Source: Arachnia sp. (GTDB lineage: Bacteria; Actinomycetota; Actinomycetes; Propionibacteriales; Propionibacteriaceae). Taken from it: a stretch of DNA of 64,000 nt. The stretch is taken from contig JBQCZU010000004.1 in assembly GCA_052089385.1 (NCBI GenBank), positions 42,269-106,268 of the forward strand. The letters run 5' to 3'. This document shows, piece by piece, positions 20,183 to 28,963 of this stretch; position 1 is the stretch's first letter; each line of letters begins with the position of its first letter. The notes beneath the pieces were generated by a model. That model ran no database searches and was not told where the DNA came from. It saw only the letters and a list, made by a program, of their open reading frames with translations. A program made the position numbers and the translations under genes.

Positions 20183-20198
20183 AAGAAATGCATTTCTT
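20183..20198. promoter_or_regulatory. 16-bp perfect AT-rich palindrome in the ramB/aceA divergent promoter region (operator candidate)
   Basis: AAGAAATGCATTTCTT is its own reverse complement. It lies in a locally AT-rich 133-bp intergenic region. Confidence 0.45.
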
Positions 20199-20298
20199 TC
20201 CAAGAAGTTTTATGGATTCATGGTGTCAAGTGCAGGAAAGTGATGTCAACGAGGAGCACAGCATCGGCGCTGGCCCCCGGATTGGAAGGAATCCTGCC

Positions 20299-21570
20299 AT
20301 GACCCACACTTCCGCAGAACTCATCCAGCATGACTGGAACACCAACTCCCGTTGGAGCGGTGTCAAGCGTGATTACACCGCTCAGGACATCATCCGCCTG
20401 CGGGGAACCATCCAGGAAGAACACACGCTTGCCCGGCGCGGTTCCGAAAAGCTGTGGGAGAAGATCCACTCCGAGGACTACGTGAACTCGCTAGGGGCAC
20501 TCACGGGGAATCAGGCCGTCCAACAGGTCAAAGCAGGGCTGAAGGCCATCTACCTCTCCGGGTGGCAGGTTGCCGCCGACGCCAACCTGTCCGGCCACAC
20601 CTATCCCGATCAGTCGCTGTACCCGGCCAACTCCGTGCCGCAGGTGGTGCGTCGCATCAACAACGCGCTGCTGCGTGCCGATCAGATCGAGCATTCCGAG
20701 GGCATCCGCTCGGTGGAGGACTGGCTGGTTCCGATTGTGGCTGACGCCGAGGCCGGCTTCGGTGGCCCGCTCAATGCCTACGAGCTGATGAAGTCAATGA
20801 TCGTTGCGGGTGCCTCCGGCGTCCACTGGGAGGATCAACTTGCCTCGGAGAAGAAGTGTGGCCACATGGGTGGCAAGGTGCTGATTCCGACCAAGCATCA
20901 CGAGCGCACGCTCAACGCCGCTCGCCTGGCCGCTGACGTGGCTGATGTTCCGACGGTGATCATCGCCCGGACAGACGCGGAATCGGCCACCCTGATCACC
21001 TCCGACATCGATGAGCGGGACCATGAATTCATCACGGGTGAGCGCACCAGTGAAGGTTTCCACAAGGTGCGGGGAGGCATCGAGCCCTGCATTGCCCGCG
21101 GCAATGCATATGCCGAATACGCTGACCTGTTGTGGATGGAAACCGGTGTGCCGGACCTGGAGGTGGCACGGAAGTTTGCCGAGGGCATCAAGGCGAAGCA
21201 CCCGGATCAATTGCTGGCCTACAACTGCTCGCCGTCGTTCAACTGGAGGAAGCATCTTGACGATGACACCATCGCGAAGTTCCAGCGCGAGCTGGGTGCG
21301 ATGGGATTCAAGTTCCAGTTCATCACCCTGGCCGGCTTCCATGCGCTCAACTACTCCATGTTCGATCTTGCCGACCGGTACGCCAAGGAGGGCATGACCG
21401 CCTACGTGGACCTGCAGGAGCGCGAATTTGCCGCCGAGTCGCGCGGCTACACCGCCACCCGGCACCAGCGTGAAGTGGGCACCGGATACTTTGACGACAT
21501 CGCCACGGTGGTCAATCCCGACAGCTCCACCACCGCCCTCAAGGACTCCACAGAGTCCGCTCAGTTCTGA
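20299..21570 (+). CDS. aceA: Isocitrate lyase
   Basis: KKCGHMGGK catalytic signature. N-terminus [36 protein letters not shown]. The ATG at 20299 follows GGAAGGA. Confidence 0.95.
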   Translation: MTHTSAELIQHDWNTNSRWSGVKRDYTAQDIIRLRGTIQEEHTLARRGSEKLWEKIHSEDYVNSLGALTGNQAVQQVKAGLKAIYLSGWQVAADANLSGHTYPDQSLYPANSVPQVVRRINNALLRADQIEHSEGIRSVEDWLVPIVADAEAGFGGPLNAYELMKSMIVAGASGVHWEDQLASEKKCGHMGGKVLIPTKHHERTLNAARLAADVADVPTVIIARTDAESATLITSDIDERDHEFITGERTSEGFHKVRGGIEPCIARGNAYAEYADLLWMETGVPDLEVARKFAEGIKAKHPDQLLAYNCSPSFNWRKHLDDDTIAKFQRELGAMGFKFQFITLAGFHALNYSMFDLADRYAKEGMTAYVDLQEREFAAESRGYTATRHQREVGTGYFDDIATVVNPDSSTTALKDSTESAQF

Positions 21571-21602
21571 TCCTTTCCCAGAAGCGCCCCGAGGAGAACG
21601 TC

Positions 21603-23849
21603 ATGACCACGACAACCACCACAACAACAGCCGTCTCGGCCCATCCGGTGCAGATCGAGACGCACGAGTCCGTCGGCAATCTTCTGGTGGACCGACGCCT
21701 CGTTGACTTCCTCAATGACGAGGCTCTGCCCCGCACGACTGTTGCAAGGGAGCGCTTCTGGGACGGATTCGTCGCCCTCTTCAACGGGCTCAGTCGCGAC
21801 AATCGCGCGCTTCTGAAGGAGCGTGACCGGCTCCAGAGCGCCATCGATGTCTACCACCGGGAACATCCGGGTTCCCCGGACCCGTCGGCATACCAACAGT
21901 TCCTCCGTGACATCGGCTACCTGCGCGTGGAGCCGAAGCGGCTGTGGGCACGGACCAAGAACGTGGATGAGGAGATTGCCACGATCTCTGGTCCGCAACT
22001 CGTGGTTCCCATCACGAATCTCCGGTTCTCGATCAACGCGGCCAACGCCCGCTGGGGCTCACTCTACGACGCGCTCTATGGCACGGATGTGATCAGCGAG
22101 GACAACGGAGCTGAACCAGGCGATGGGTACAACCCTGTGCGGGGGAGCCGCGTCATTGCGTGGGCACGCGCGTTCCTGGACCGTGCGGTGCCGCTCTCCT
22201 CGGGGTCCCACGCCGAAGTCGTCGAGTACCGCGCGGGCCGGCATTTCAAGGCGAAACTGGAATCGGGAGAGAGTGTTTGTCTGCGTGAGAAGGACGCCTA
22301 CGCGGGATACACGGGGGCTGCCGACGCCCCCACCGGCATCCTGTTGCGACACAACGGCTTGCACATTCACATCCAGTTCGACGCGGACAGCCAGGTGGGC
22401 CGAACCGACAAGGCCAAGGTCTCAGACGTGGTCCTTGAAGCGGCCGTCACGACGATCATGGATTTTGAGGATTCCGTGGCAATGGTCGATGGCCCGGACA
22501 AGGTCATTGGCTACCGCAACTGGCTGCTTCTCAACGACGGCACCGCCGCCGAGACGATGAAGAAGGGTGGAAGGACCTTCACGCGCACACTGTCGACAGA
22601 CCTCAGCTTCACCACTCCTGAGTTCACCACGCTGACGTTGAACGGGCGCTCCCTGATGCTGTGCCGCAACGTCGGCCATCTCATGACGACACCGGCGGTG
22701 CTGGATGACCAAGGTGCCGAACTACCCGAGGGCATTCTGGATGCGATCGTCACCAGCCTGTGCGCGATGCCCAGCCTCAGGCGGGACGAGAATGACCCGT
22801 CGGCCCGGCACTCCCACTCCATCTACATCGTCAAGCCCAAGCAGCATGGACCCGATGAGGTTGCGTTCACCTCAGCGCTGTTCGCCGAGGTGGAGGACAT
22901 CCTCGGCATGGAGCGGAACACGATCAAGATGGGGATCATGGACGAGGAGCGCCGGACCACGGTGAACCTGATGGCCTGCATCGGTCAGGCCGTCGACCGG
23001 ATCATCTTCATCAACACGGGCTTTCTTGACCGCACGGGGGACGAGATCCACACATCGATGGTGGCAGGGCCGATGATCCGCAAGGCGGAGATGAAAACGG
23101 CCACCTGGATGAAGAACTACGAGGACTGGAACGTTGACGTGGGTCTGGCGTGTTCCCTGCCCGGCCATGCCCAGATCGGCAAGGGCATGTGGGCCATGAC
23201 CGAACTCATGTCTGACATGATCGCGACGAAGGGCGCACATCCCGCGGCGGGGGCCAGCACCGCCTGGGTCCCGTCACCCACCGGCGCGACTCTGCACGCC
23301 ACCCACTACCACGAGGTGGACGTGAGGCAGGCCCAGGCGGAGATCATGAAGCAGGGTCGCCGGGCCACAGTGGAGGGGCTGCTGGAGATTCCGCTGGCCC
23401 TCACCACTGACTGGTCCGATGATGAGAAGCGGAACGAAGTGGACAACTCCTGCCAGTCCATCCTCGGCTACGTTGTGCGCTGGATAGAACAGGGCGTCGG
23501 CTGCTCCAAGGTGCCAGACATCAACGACATTGCGCTGATGGAGGACCGGGCCACCTGTCGGATCAGCTCGCAGATGCTCGCCAACTGGATCTGCCACGAC
23601 GTGGTCTCCGCCGATTTCGTGGTGGATTCGCTTCAGCGGATGGCCGAGGTCGTGGATGAGCAGAACGCAGGGGACCCCACCTACATGCCAATGAAGCCGG
23701 CCGACGGTGAGGGATCATTCGAGGATTCCATCGCGTGGTGCGCTGCCAGGGACCTGATTCTCCAGGGCACGACGTCGCCGTCCGGCTACACCGAGCCGAT
23801 CCTCCACGCTCGTCGTCGGGAGTTCAAGAGGCGCCACGGACTCACCTGA
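21603..23849 (+). CDS. glcB: Malate synthase G
   Basis: About 748 aa. Contains [13 protein letters not shown] and the other MSG-type blocks. It lies immediately downstream of aceA. The N-terminus carries a Thr8 run. Confidence 0.9.
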   Translation: MTTTTTTTTAVSAHPVQIETHESVGNLLVDRRLVDFLNDEALPRTTVARERFWDGFVALFNGLSRDNRALLKERDRLQSAIDVYHREHPGSPDPSAYQQFLRDIGYLRVEPKRLWARTKNVDEEIATISGPQLVVPITNLRFSINAANARWGSLYDALYGTDVISEDNGAEPGDGYNPVRGSRVIAWARAFLDRAVPLSSGSHAEVVEYRAGRHFKAKLESGESVCLREKDAYAGYTGAADAPTGILLRHNGLHIHIQFDADSQVGRTDKAKVSDVVLEAAVTTIMDFEDSVAMVDGPDKVIGYRNWLLLNDGTAAETMKKGGRTFTRTLSTDLSFTTPEFTTLTLNGRSLMLCRNVGHLMTTPAVLDDQGAELPEGILDAIVTSLCAMPSLRRDENDPSARHSHSIYIVKPKQHGPDEVAFTSALFAEVEDILGMERNTIKMGIMDEERRTTVNLMACIGQAVDRIIFINTGFLDRTGDEIHTSMVAGPMIRKAEMKTATWMKNYEDWNVDVGLACSLPGHAQIGKGMWAMTELMSDMIATKGAHPAAGASTAWVPSPTGATLHATHYHEVDVRQAQAEIMKQGRRATVEGLLEIPLALTTDWSDDEKRNEVDNSCQSILGYVVRWIEQGVGCSKVPDINDIALMEDRATCRISSQMLANWICHDVVSADFVVDSLQRMAEVVDEQNAGDPTYMPMKPADGEGSFEDSIAWCAARDLILQGTTSPSGYTEPILHARRREFKRRHGLT

Positions 23850-23872
23850 ATCATGTGGTGCGCGACATCCGG

Positions 23873-23904
23873 GCACCCCGACGGCCAGAAGGCCGGCGGG
23901 GTGC
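23873..23904 (+). terminator. Stem-loop terminator candidate after glcB
   Basis: GCACCCCGACGGCC-AGAA-GGCCGGCGGGGTGC has 13 of 14 bp paired and is followed by TTCGTGGTTC. Confidence 0.6.
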
Positions 23905-24065
23905 TTCGTGGTTCATCATCGTGGATTGCGACAAGGTATCGATGAGGTGTTCTTGGGGCCCGGTTATGCTTCCTGCGGAGTCCAGGAATCCATCCAGTGA
24001 CGCCTGAGCCCCAAGGCCCGTGGGCTGGGGGATGAACGCAACAGCATGCGAGAGCGCGGATCACG

Positions 24066-24899
24066 ATGAGCGAAGAAGATCGCAGAAGGCAACTTGGCGA
24101 GACCAGTGCGCCCGTGGAGGACGAACTGGCCGAATCCTTTGACCGCATCGTTGAGGAAGGGGCGGAGCGTCTGGCCAGGTCCTGGACGTCAGTACTCGTG
24201 ACCGGAATTTTTGGCGGTCTGGAGATCGGTCTGGGTGTTGTGGCCTACCTTGCCGTCCTGCATGAAACGGGAAACCATCTACTGGCGGGTTTGGCTTTCA
24301 GCATCGGCTTCATCGCCCTGCTGCTGGCCAAGAGCGAGCTCTTCACAGAGGGTTTCCTGGTGCCGATCACTGCGGTCGTCGCGAAGGAGGCAAGCGTCGC
24401 CCAGTTGATGAAGCTGTGGGGCGGGACGCTGGTGATGAATCTGGTTGGCGGCTGGCTGTTCATGTGGCTCGTGGTGGCAGCGTTTCCGCAATGGGAACCC
24501 GAGCTGGCGGAGGCTGCCCTGCATTTCGTGGAGGCAGGCTTTTCCTGGCAGACGGTTGCCCTGGCCGTGCTTGGTGGCAGCACCATCACACTCATGACGC
24601 GCATGCAGCATGGAACGGATTCAGACGTCGCGAAGATCGTCGCCGCCGTCGCCGGTGGGTTCCTGCTCGCTGGCCTGCAGATGTTTCACTCCATCCTGGA
24701 TTCCCTGCTCATCTTTGGTGCGATGCACGCGGGTGTGGACGTGAGCTATGCCGAATGGATTGGCTGGTTCGGCTACACCGTGGTGTTCAACATGCTCGGA
24801 GGGCTGGTCCTGGTCACCGCGCTGCGTCTGCTGCGCAACAAGGATCTGTTGGAGGAGCGCCGTAAAGCGGCACCCGAGGACCCGGATGCCGTCAGGTGA
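24066..24899 (+). CDS. Formate/nitrite transporter (FNT) family channel
   Basis: Six-TM profile with LLAKSELFTEGFL and FHSILDSL segments typical of FocA/NirC-type channels. The substrate cannot be inferred. Confidence 0.75.
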   Translation: MSEEDRRRQLGETSAPVEDELAESFDRIVEEGAERLARSWTSVLVTGIFGGLEIGLGVVAYLAVLHETGNHLLAGLAFSIGFIALLLAKSELFTEGFLVPITAVVAKEASVAQLMKLWGGTLVMNLVGGWLFMWLVVAAFPQWEPELAEAALHFVEAGFSWQTVALAVLGGSTITLMTRMQHGTDSDVAKIVAAVAGGFLLAGLQMFHSILDSLLIFGAMHAGVDVSYAEWIGWFGYTVVFNMLGGLVLVTALRLLRNKDLLEERRKAAPEDPDAVR

Positions 24900-24943
24900 T
24901 GGAACCACCCCCGGATGAGTAGCAAGCGTGATTGCATTGCTCC

Positions 24944-25360
24944 ATGAGCCACACCAACGATCCTGAGGTCATCCGTCGACTCCTGACCACGCCCGGGCGC
25001 TGGGCCGTTGTCGGTCTCTCCGAGAACCCGGAGCGCACGGCCTACGGGATCGGCCGCTATTTACAGGATCTCGGTATGGAGATCGTGCCCGTGCATCCGA
25101 AGGCGGAAACAGTGCATGGAGCAAAGGGGTATGCATCACTGGCGGAGGTGCCGGATCCGATTGATGTTGTTGATGTGTTCGTGAGGTCCGACCTCGCCGG
25201 GGGTGTTGTGGACGAGGCCATTGCGGTGGGGGCGAAGGCAGTGTGGCTGCAGTTGGGCGTCATCGACGAGGACGCCGCCCAACGGGCCCTCGAGGCGGGG
25301 CTCGATGTCGTCATGGACACGTGCCCGGCCATCGAGGCGCCACGGTTGGGAATTCGCTGA
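24944..25360 (+). CDS. CoA-binding domain protein (YccU/YneT-like)
   Basis: RWAVVGLSENPERTAYGIGRYLQDLGMEIVPVHP and AVWLQLGV blocks. An alternative start is at 24932. Confidence 0.8.
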   Translation: MSHTNDPEVIRRLLTTPGRWAVVGLSENPERTAYGIGRYLQDLGMEIVPVHPKAETVHGAKGYASLAEVPDPIDVVDVFVRSDLAGGVVDEAIAVGAKAVWLQLGVIDEDAAQRALEAGLDVVMDTCPAIEAPRLGIR

Positions 25361-25372
25361 AACTTTTGCGCC

Positions 25373-27385
25373 TCAGGCCTTGATCAGTTGGCTTGGGGTG
25401 GGCGTCGTTGTGGACGCTGGCTCGGTCTCCACGTGTGCGATCGGGTCCTTGGTGGTGCTCAGCAGTCGCATCGCGTTGAGGATCACGATCAGCACCGAGG
25501 CCTCGTGTACGAGCATCCCGAGGGACATCGTGACCCCACCCAGGAAGACGCCACCCAGCAGCGCCACCACCGTGATCAGCGATATCGCCATGTTCTGTCT
25601 CATGACTGCGACGGTGCGCTTGGCCAGGTTGATCGCCTCGGGAAGCTTCAGTAGGTCGTCGCCCATGAGTGCGATGTCGGCGGTCTCGACGGCGACTGCG
25701 GACCCGGCCGCACCCATCGCCACGCCGATATTGGCGGTGGCCAGGGCGGGGGCATCATTGACGCCGTCGCCGACCATCGCGACGGTGTGGCCCTCGGCCT
25801 GCAGCTTGGCGACGGCGTCCAGTTTGTCCTCGGGCAGAAGGCTGGCGTGGATCTCGTCGATGCCGGTTTCCCTGCCGATGGACTCGGCCACCAGCCGGGT
25901 GTCACCGGTCAGCATGACGACCTTCTTGACCCCGGCGGCATGCAGGCGCCGGACCATGTCGGCCGCATCGTCACGGATTTTGTCAGCGACGGCGACGAGT
26001 CCGATGACCCGGTCATCGACTGCCACGATCATGGCCGTCTTTCCCTGAGCAGCCAGTTCCTTCGCCTGACGGGCCGCACCGACGTCCTGTGTGATGCCGT
26101 ACTGCTCCAGGAGTGCCGTGTTGCCGATCAGGACGCGCCGGCCTTCGACATCCGAGACGATGCCCTTGCCGGGAACGGGTGTCACATCGCCGGGGATGCC
26201 GTGGGGAGCCACGCCGTTGTCCCGGGCGCTCTGGAGGATGGGCCGGGCCAGGGGATGCTCGGAGCCAGCCTCAGCCGCGGCCGCCCAGCGGAGCACCTCG
26301 GTGCGGTTCGACGTCCTGTCCGAGACGATGATGTCGGTCAGAGTGGGCGTGCCCTTGGTGAGGGTGCCGGTCTTGTCCACCGCGACGGCGGAGATCTTCG
26401 CCGAGGTCTCAAGGTACTCGCCGCCCTTGATGAGGACTCCATTGCGGGCGGAGCGGCCGATGCCGGCGACGATCGCCACCGGGATTGAGATGACCAGTGC
26501 ACCGGGGCAACCGATGACCAGGAGTGTCAGGGCGAGCACGACGTCCCCGCTGATGAGTCCTGCCACCAGTGCAAGAAGAAAGACGCCAGGAGTGTAGAAC
26601 TTCGAGAAACGGTCGATGAAGGCCTGGGTTGTTGCCTTGCTGTCCTGGGCCTCTTCGACGCGGTGGATGATGCGGGCCAGCGTCGTGTCAGCGCCCACGC
26701 CGGTGGCGCGCACCTGCAGGAAGCCACCGCGGGAGATGGTGCCGGCGAAGACTGCATCGGAGGTGATCTTCTCCACCGGGATGGATTCGCCGGTGATGGA
26801 GGCCTCGTCGATGGCGCCGTTGCCCGAGACGACTTCGCCGTCGACGGGTACCTTGGCGCCGTTCTTGATCAGCACGGTTTCGCCCATGCGCACCTCAACC
26901 GCAGGGATCTCCAGCTGCTCCCCGTCGCGCATGACGATGGCGACATCCGGTGCGACGGCGACGAGTTCCGCCAGCGCCGAGCGCGTCTTGTTCAGGGTTG
27001 CCGCCTCCAGGGCATGACCGATGGTGAAGAGAAACGTGACTGCGGCTGCTTCCCAGAAGTTGCCGATGAGGATGGCGCCGATGGCGGCGACCGAGACCAA
27101 CAGGTCAATGCTGAGGTATCTGACCAGCGCGGCACTGACAGCCTTGGCCACGATTGCGTAGCCTGCGACAATTGCCGCCGCCAGCATGAGGCCGTTGGCG
27201 AGAGAGAAGAAGGAGGCGCCGGTGGCGTGCTCCCCGGCGTCGATCCACCATTGCTGCGTCAGCGTGGGGTTGTAGGCGCCGCCTGCGATGCGTTCCACCA
27301 CCCATGAGGCGATGATCAATAGTCCGGAGATGGCGGGAATGGCCCACTTGCCGTGGATCCACGTGTGGACGTTGTTCATCGTCAT
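25373..27385 (-). CDS. P1B-type heavy-metal translocating ATPase lacking a fused N-terminal metal-binding domain
   Basis: TGES, DKTGTLT, SEHPLA and GDGVNDAPAL motifs. The TM6 motif reads CPG (VIGCPGALVISIP). The start MTMNNVH overlaps the upstream HMA gene stop by 1 nt. Confidence 0.9.
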   Translation of the reverse strand: MTMNNVHTWIHGKWAIPAISGLLIIASWVVERIAGGAYNPTLTQQWWIDAGEHATGASFFSLANGLMLAAAIVAGYAIVAKAVSAALVRYLSIDLLVSVAAIGAILIGNFWEAAAVTFLFTIGHALEAATLNKTRSALAELVAVAPDVAIVMRDGEQLEIPAVEVRMGETVLIKNGAKVPVDGEVVSGNGAIDEASITGESIPVEKITSDAVFAGTISRGGFLQVRATGVGADTTLARIIHRVEEAQDSKATTQAFIDRFSKFYTPGVFLLALVAGLISGDVVLALTLLVIGCPGALVISIPVAIVAGIGRSARNGVLIKGGEYLETSAKISAVAVDKTGTLTKGTPTLTDIIVSDRTSNRTEVLRWAAAAEAGSEHPLARPILQSARDNGVAPHGIPGDVTPVPGKGIVSDVEGRRVLIGNTALLEQYGITQDVGAARQAKELAAQGKTAMIVAVDDRVIGLVAVADKIRDDAADMVRRLHAAGVKKVVMLTGDTRLVAESIGRETGIDEIHASLLPEDKLDAVAKLQAEGHTVAMVGDGVNDAPALATANIGVAMGAAGSAVAVETADIALMGDDLLKLPEAINLAKRTVAVMRQNMAISLITVVALLGGVFLGGVTMSLGMLVHEASVLIVILNAMRLLSTTKDPIAHVETEPASTTTPTPSQLIKA

Positions 27386-27618
27386 CAGAATGCCGAGGGG
27401 CGCGCGGTGTAGCCGGCCTTGGCGACGGCGGCGACGATGTCGTCCACAGAAGTGACGTTTGCGTCGTGCTCGACCTCGATGCGCGCGGAGGCGAAGTGGA
27501 CCTTCACACCCTCGACGCCTTTGAGGCGGTTGACCTGCTTCTCGATCTTGGCGACGCAGGAGGGGCAGGAAAAGCCCTCGGCGCGAAGGCTGGTGTGGGT
27601 GGTGGTGGTTGCAGTCAT
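27385..27618 (-). CDS. Heavy-metal-associated (HMA) domain metallochaperone (CopZ-like)
   Basis: 77 aa. GFSCPSCVAKIE CxxC motif and a ferredoxin-like fold pattern. Confidence 0.9.
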   Translation of the reverse strand: MTATTTTHTSLRAEGFSCPSCVAKIEKQVNRLKGVEGVKVHFASARIEVEHDANVTSVDDIVAAVAKAGYTARPSAF

Positions 27619-27688
27619 GGTCTGTGTCCTTTTCGTTGATGTCTGGTTCGTTCGACATCTTCAAAGTACGACCGAAACTGTTGCGACA

Positions 27689-27706
27689 CCTTGACGGACG
27701 TCAAGG
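27689..27706. promoter_or_regulatory. FNR/CRP-type palindrome (TTGAC-N4-GTCAA) upstream of the HMA/ATPase operon
   Basis: CCTTGACGGACGTCAAGG is a perfect 7-bp inverted repeat with a 4-nt spacer. It lies ~73 nt upstream of the HMA start and 25 nt after the Crp/Fnr gene stop. Confidence 0.5.
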
Positions 27707-27730
27707 ACCTGGAAAGTGCGGGATCGGGGG

Positions 27731-28426
27731 TCAGCCTGTGGCCAACTGCTCCAGTCCGTCGACGTCCAGAAGGACGGTGCTGCGTCGCGATTCACCGGCG
27801 ATCAGGTCGAGGGATTCCAGGGTGGCCAGGGCGCGACTCAGGGACTCCGGCGTCGTGCCAAGGTAGGAGGCGACTTCACGTTTACTCAGCGGCCAGGTGA
27901 CAACGGAGCCGCGCGGTCCCCTCTGGCTCGGCAACTCCAGCAGGTAGTCGGCCAATCGGGCCGCTACCCCGACGCCGTGGTGGGAGAGGGAGCGTTCCGC
28001 CTCGTCCAGGCGGATGCTCAGTGTGTGCAACAACTGCATGCCGATCGTGGGGTGCGATGCCATGAGATGCGTGAGATCGCGGTGCCAGAAGGTACACACG
28101 GAGGTGTTCTCCAGCGCTTCGACGTAGGTGTCCGGGCGCTGGCCAGTGAGGAACGCGTTCTCCCCGACCACGTCGCCGGGTTCCGCCACCCGCAGGAGCC
28201 GCTCGAACCCGCCAGCGGTGACACGCACCACCTTGAGGCGTCCGCTGTGTACGACGAACAGTTGGGCCAGGTCGCTGCCAGGGGAGTGCAGCAACTGCCC
28301 CTTGGTGAGATGCGTCGGGCGGGCATAGGACCCGACCGTCTGCTGGGCCTCGCTGGTTAGTCGCGAGAACAGGGGAACCCGGGAGACACAGGACTGGTGC
28401 GTCGCACTGATCGGCAGTGATGTCAT
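27731..28426 (-). CDS. Crp/Fnr-family transcriptional regulator
   Basis: cNMP-binding-like beta-roll (VPLFSRLTSEAQQ...GDVVGENAFLTGQ) and C-terminal HTH (SKREVASYLGTTPESLSRALATLE). The ATG at 28426 follows GGAGGA. The longer tracked ORF would overlap arsC. Confidence 0.85.
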   Translation of the reverse strand: MTSLPISATHQSCVSRVPLFSRLTSEAQQTVGSYARPTHLTKGQLLHSPGSDLAQLFVVHSGRLKVVRVTAGGFERLLRVAEPGDVVGENAFLTGQRPDTYVEALENTSVCTFWHRDLTHLMASHPTIGMQLLHTLSIRLDEAERSLSHHGVGVAARLADYLLELPSQRGPRGSVVTWPLSKREVASYLGTTPESLSRALATLESLDLIAGESRRSTVLLDVDGLEQLATG

Positions 28427-28468
28427 GGCTTCCTCCGGCGTGACTGACCTCCCACCATTGCGGCTTCC

Positions 28469-28482
28469 CTGACGGGCGTCAA
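28469..28482. promoter_or_regulatory. Second copy of the FNR-like box, upstream of the Crp/Fnr gene
   Basis: CTGACGGGCGTCAA is identical at 12 of 14 positions to TTGACGGACGTCAA at 27691-27704. Its centre is ~49 nt upstream of the regulator start codon. Confidence 0.45.
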
Positions 28483-28499
28483 CTACCTTCCCGAAGGTT

Positions 28500-28919
28500 T
28501 CAGCGGTCCTGAGGTGCCAGTTCCGAGGCGAGGTCAGCAACCCGGGACCGGATGTCATCGCGCACCAGACGCATCCGCTCCATCCCGACGATGCCACGCT
28601 GGGACGGCTCATCAGTGTCCCAGTTGCGGATCTCGACTCCGGGGATCGGCTCGACCACCGCTTCGTTGCCGAGCGTGACGATCAAACCAACATCGGCCAG
28701 CATGTCGTCGGTGAGCAGTTTGGGGTGCTCGTCTCCGACGTCGATGCCAAGTTCCGTGAGCGACTCCACCGATTCAGCATTGAGAGCTTTTCCCGGTGTG
28801 GTGCCGGCGGTGTGAACGACGATGGCGTCGTCCACCAGGGCTCGCATGAGTGCCCCTGCCATCTGGGACTTGCCGCCGTTCTTCACGCATACAAACAAAA
28901 CGCCTGATGAAGTGGTCAT
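28500..28919 (-). CDS. arsC: Arsenate reductase, LMW-PTPase fold, single-cysteine type
   Basis: P-loop VLFVCVKNGGKSQMA (CX5K-S). The whole 139-aa protein has only one Cys, and no equivalents of the Cys82/Cys89 of thioredoxin-coupled ArsC. Confidence 0.85.
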   Translation of the reverse strand: MTTSSGVLFVCVKNGGKSQMAGALMRALVDDAIVVHTAGTTPGKALNAESVESLTELGIDVGDEHPKLLTDDMLADVGLIVTLGNEAVVEPIPGVEIRNWDTDEPSQRGIVGMERMRLVRDDIRSRVADLASELAPQDR

Positions 28920-28963
28920 CTCAGAGTTTCCTTTTCATTGATGGGTTTTCAGGAGGGGAATGC

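Noticed and set aside
21603-21635. Thr8 run at the N-terminus of malate synthase G as a slippage-prone repeat.
   Set aside because: The codons are mixed (acc/acg/aca), so it is not a true nucleotide tandem repeat. It is most likely a benign low-complexity N-terminal extension.
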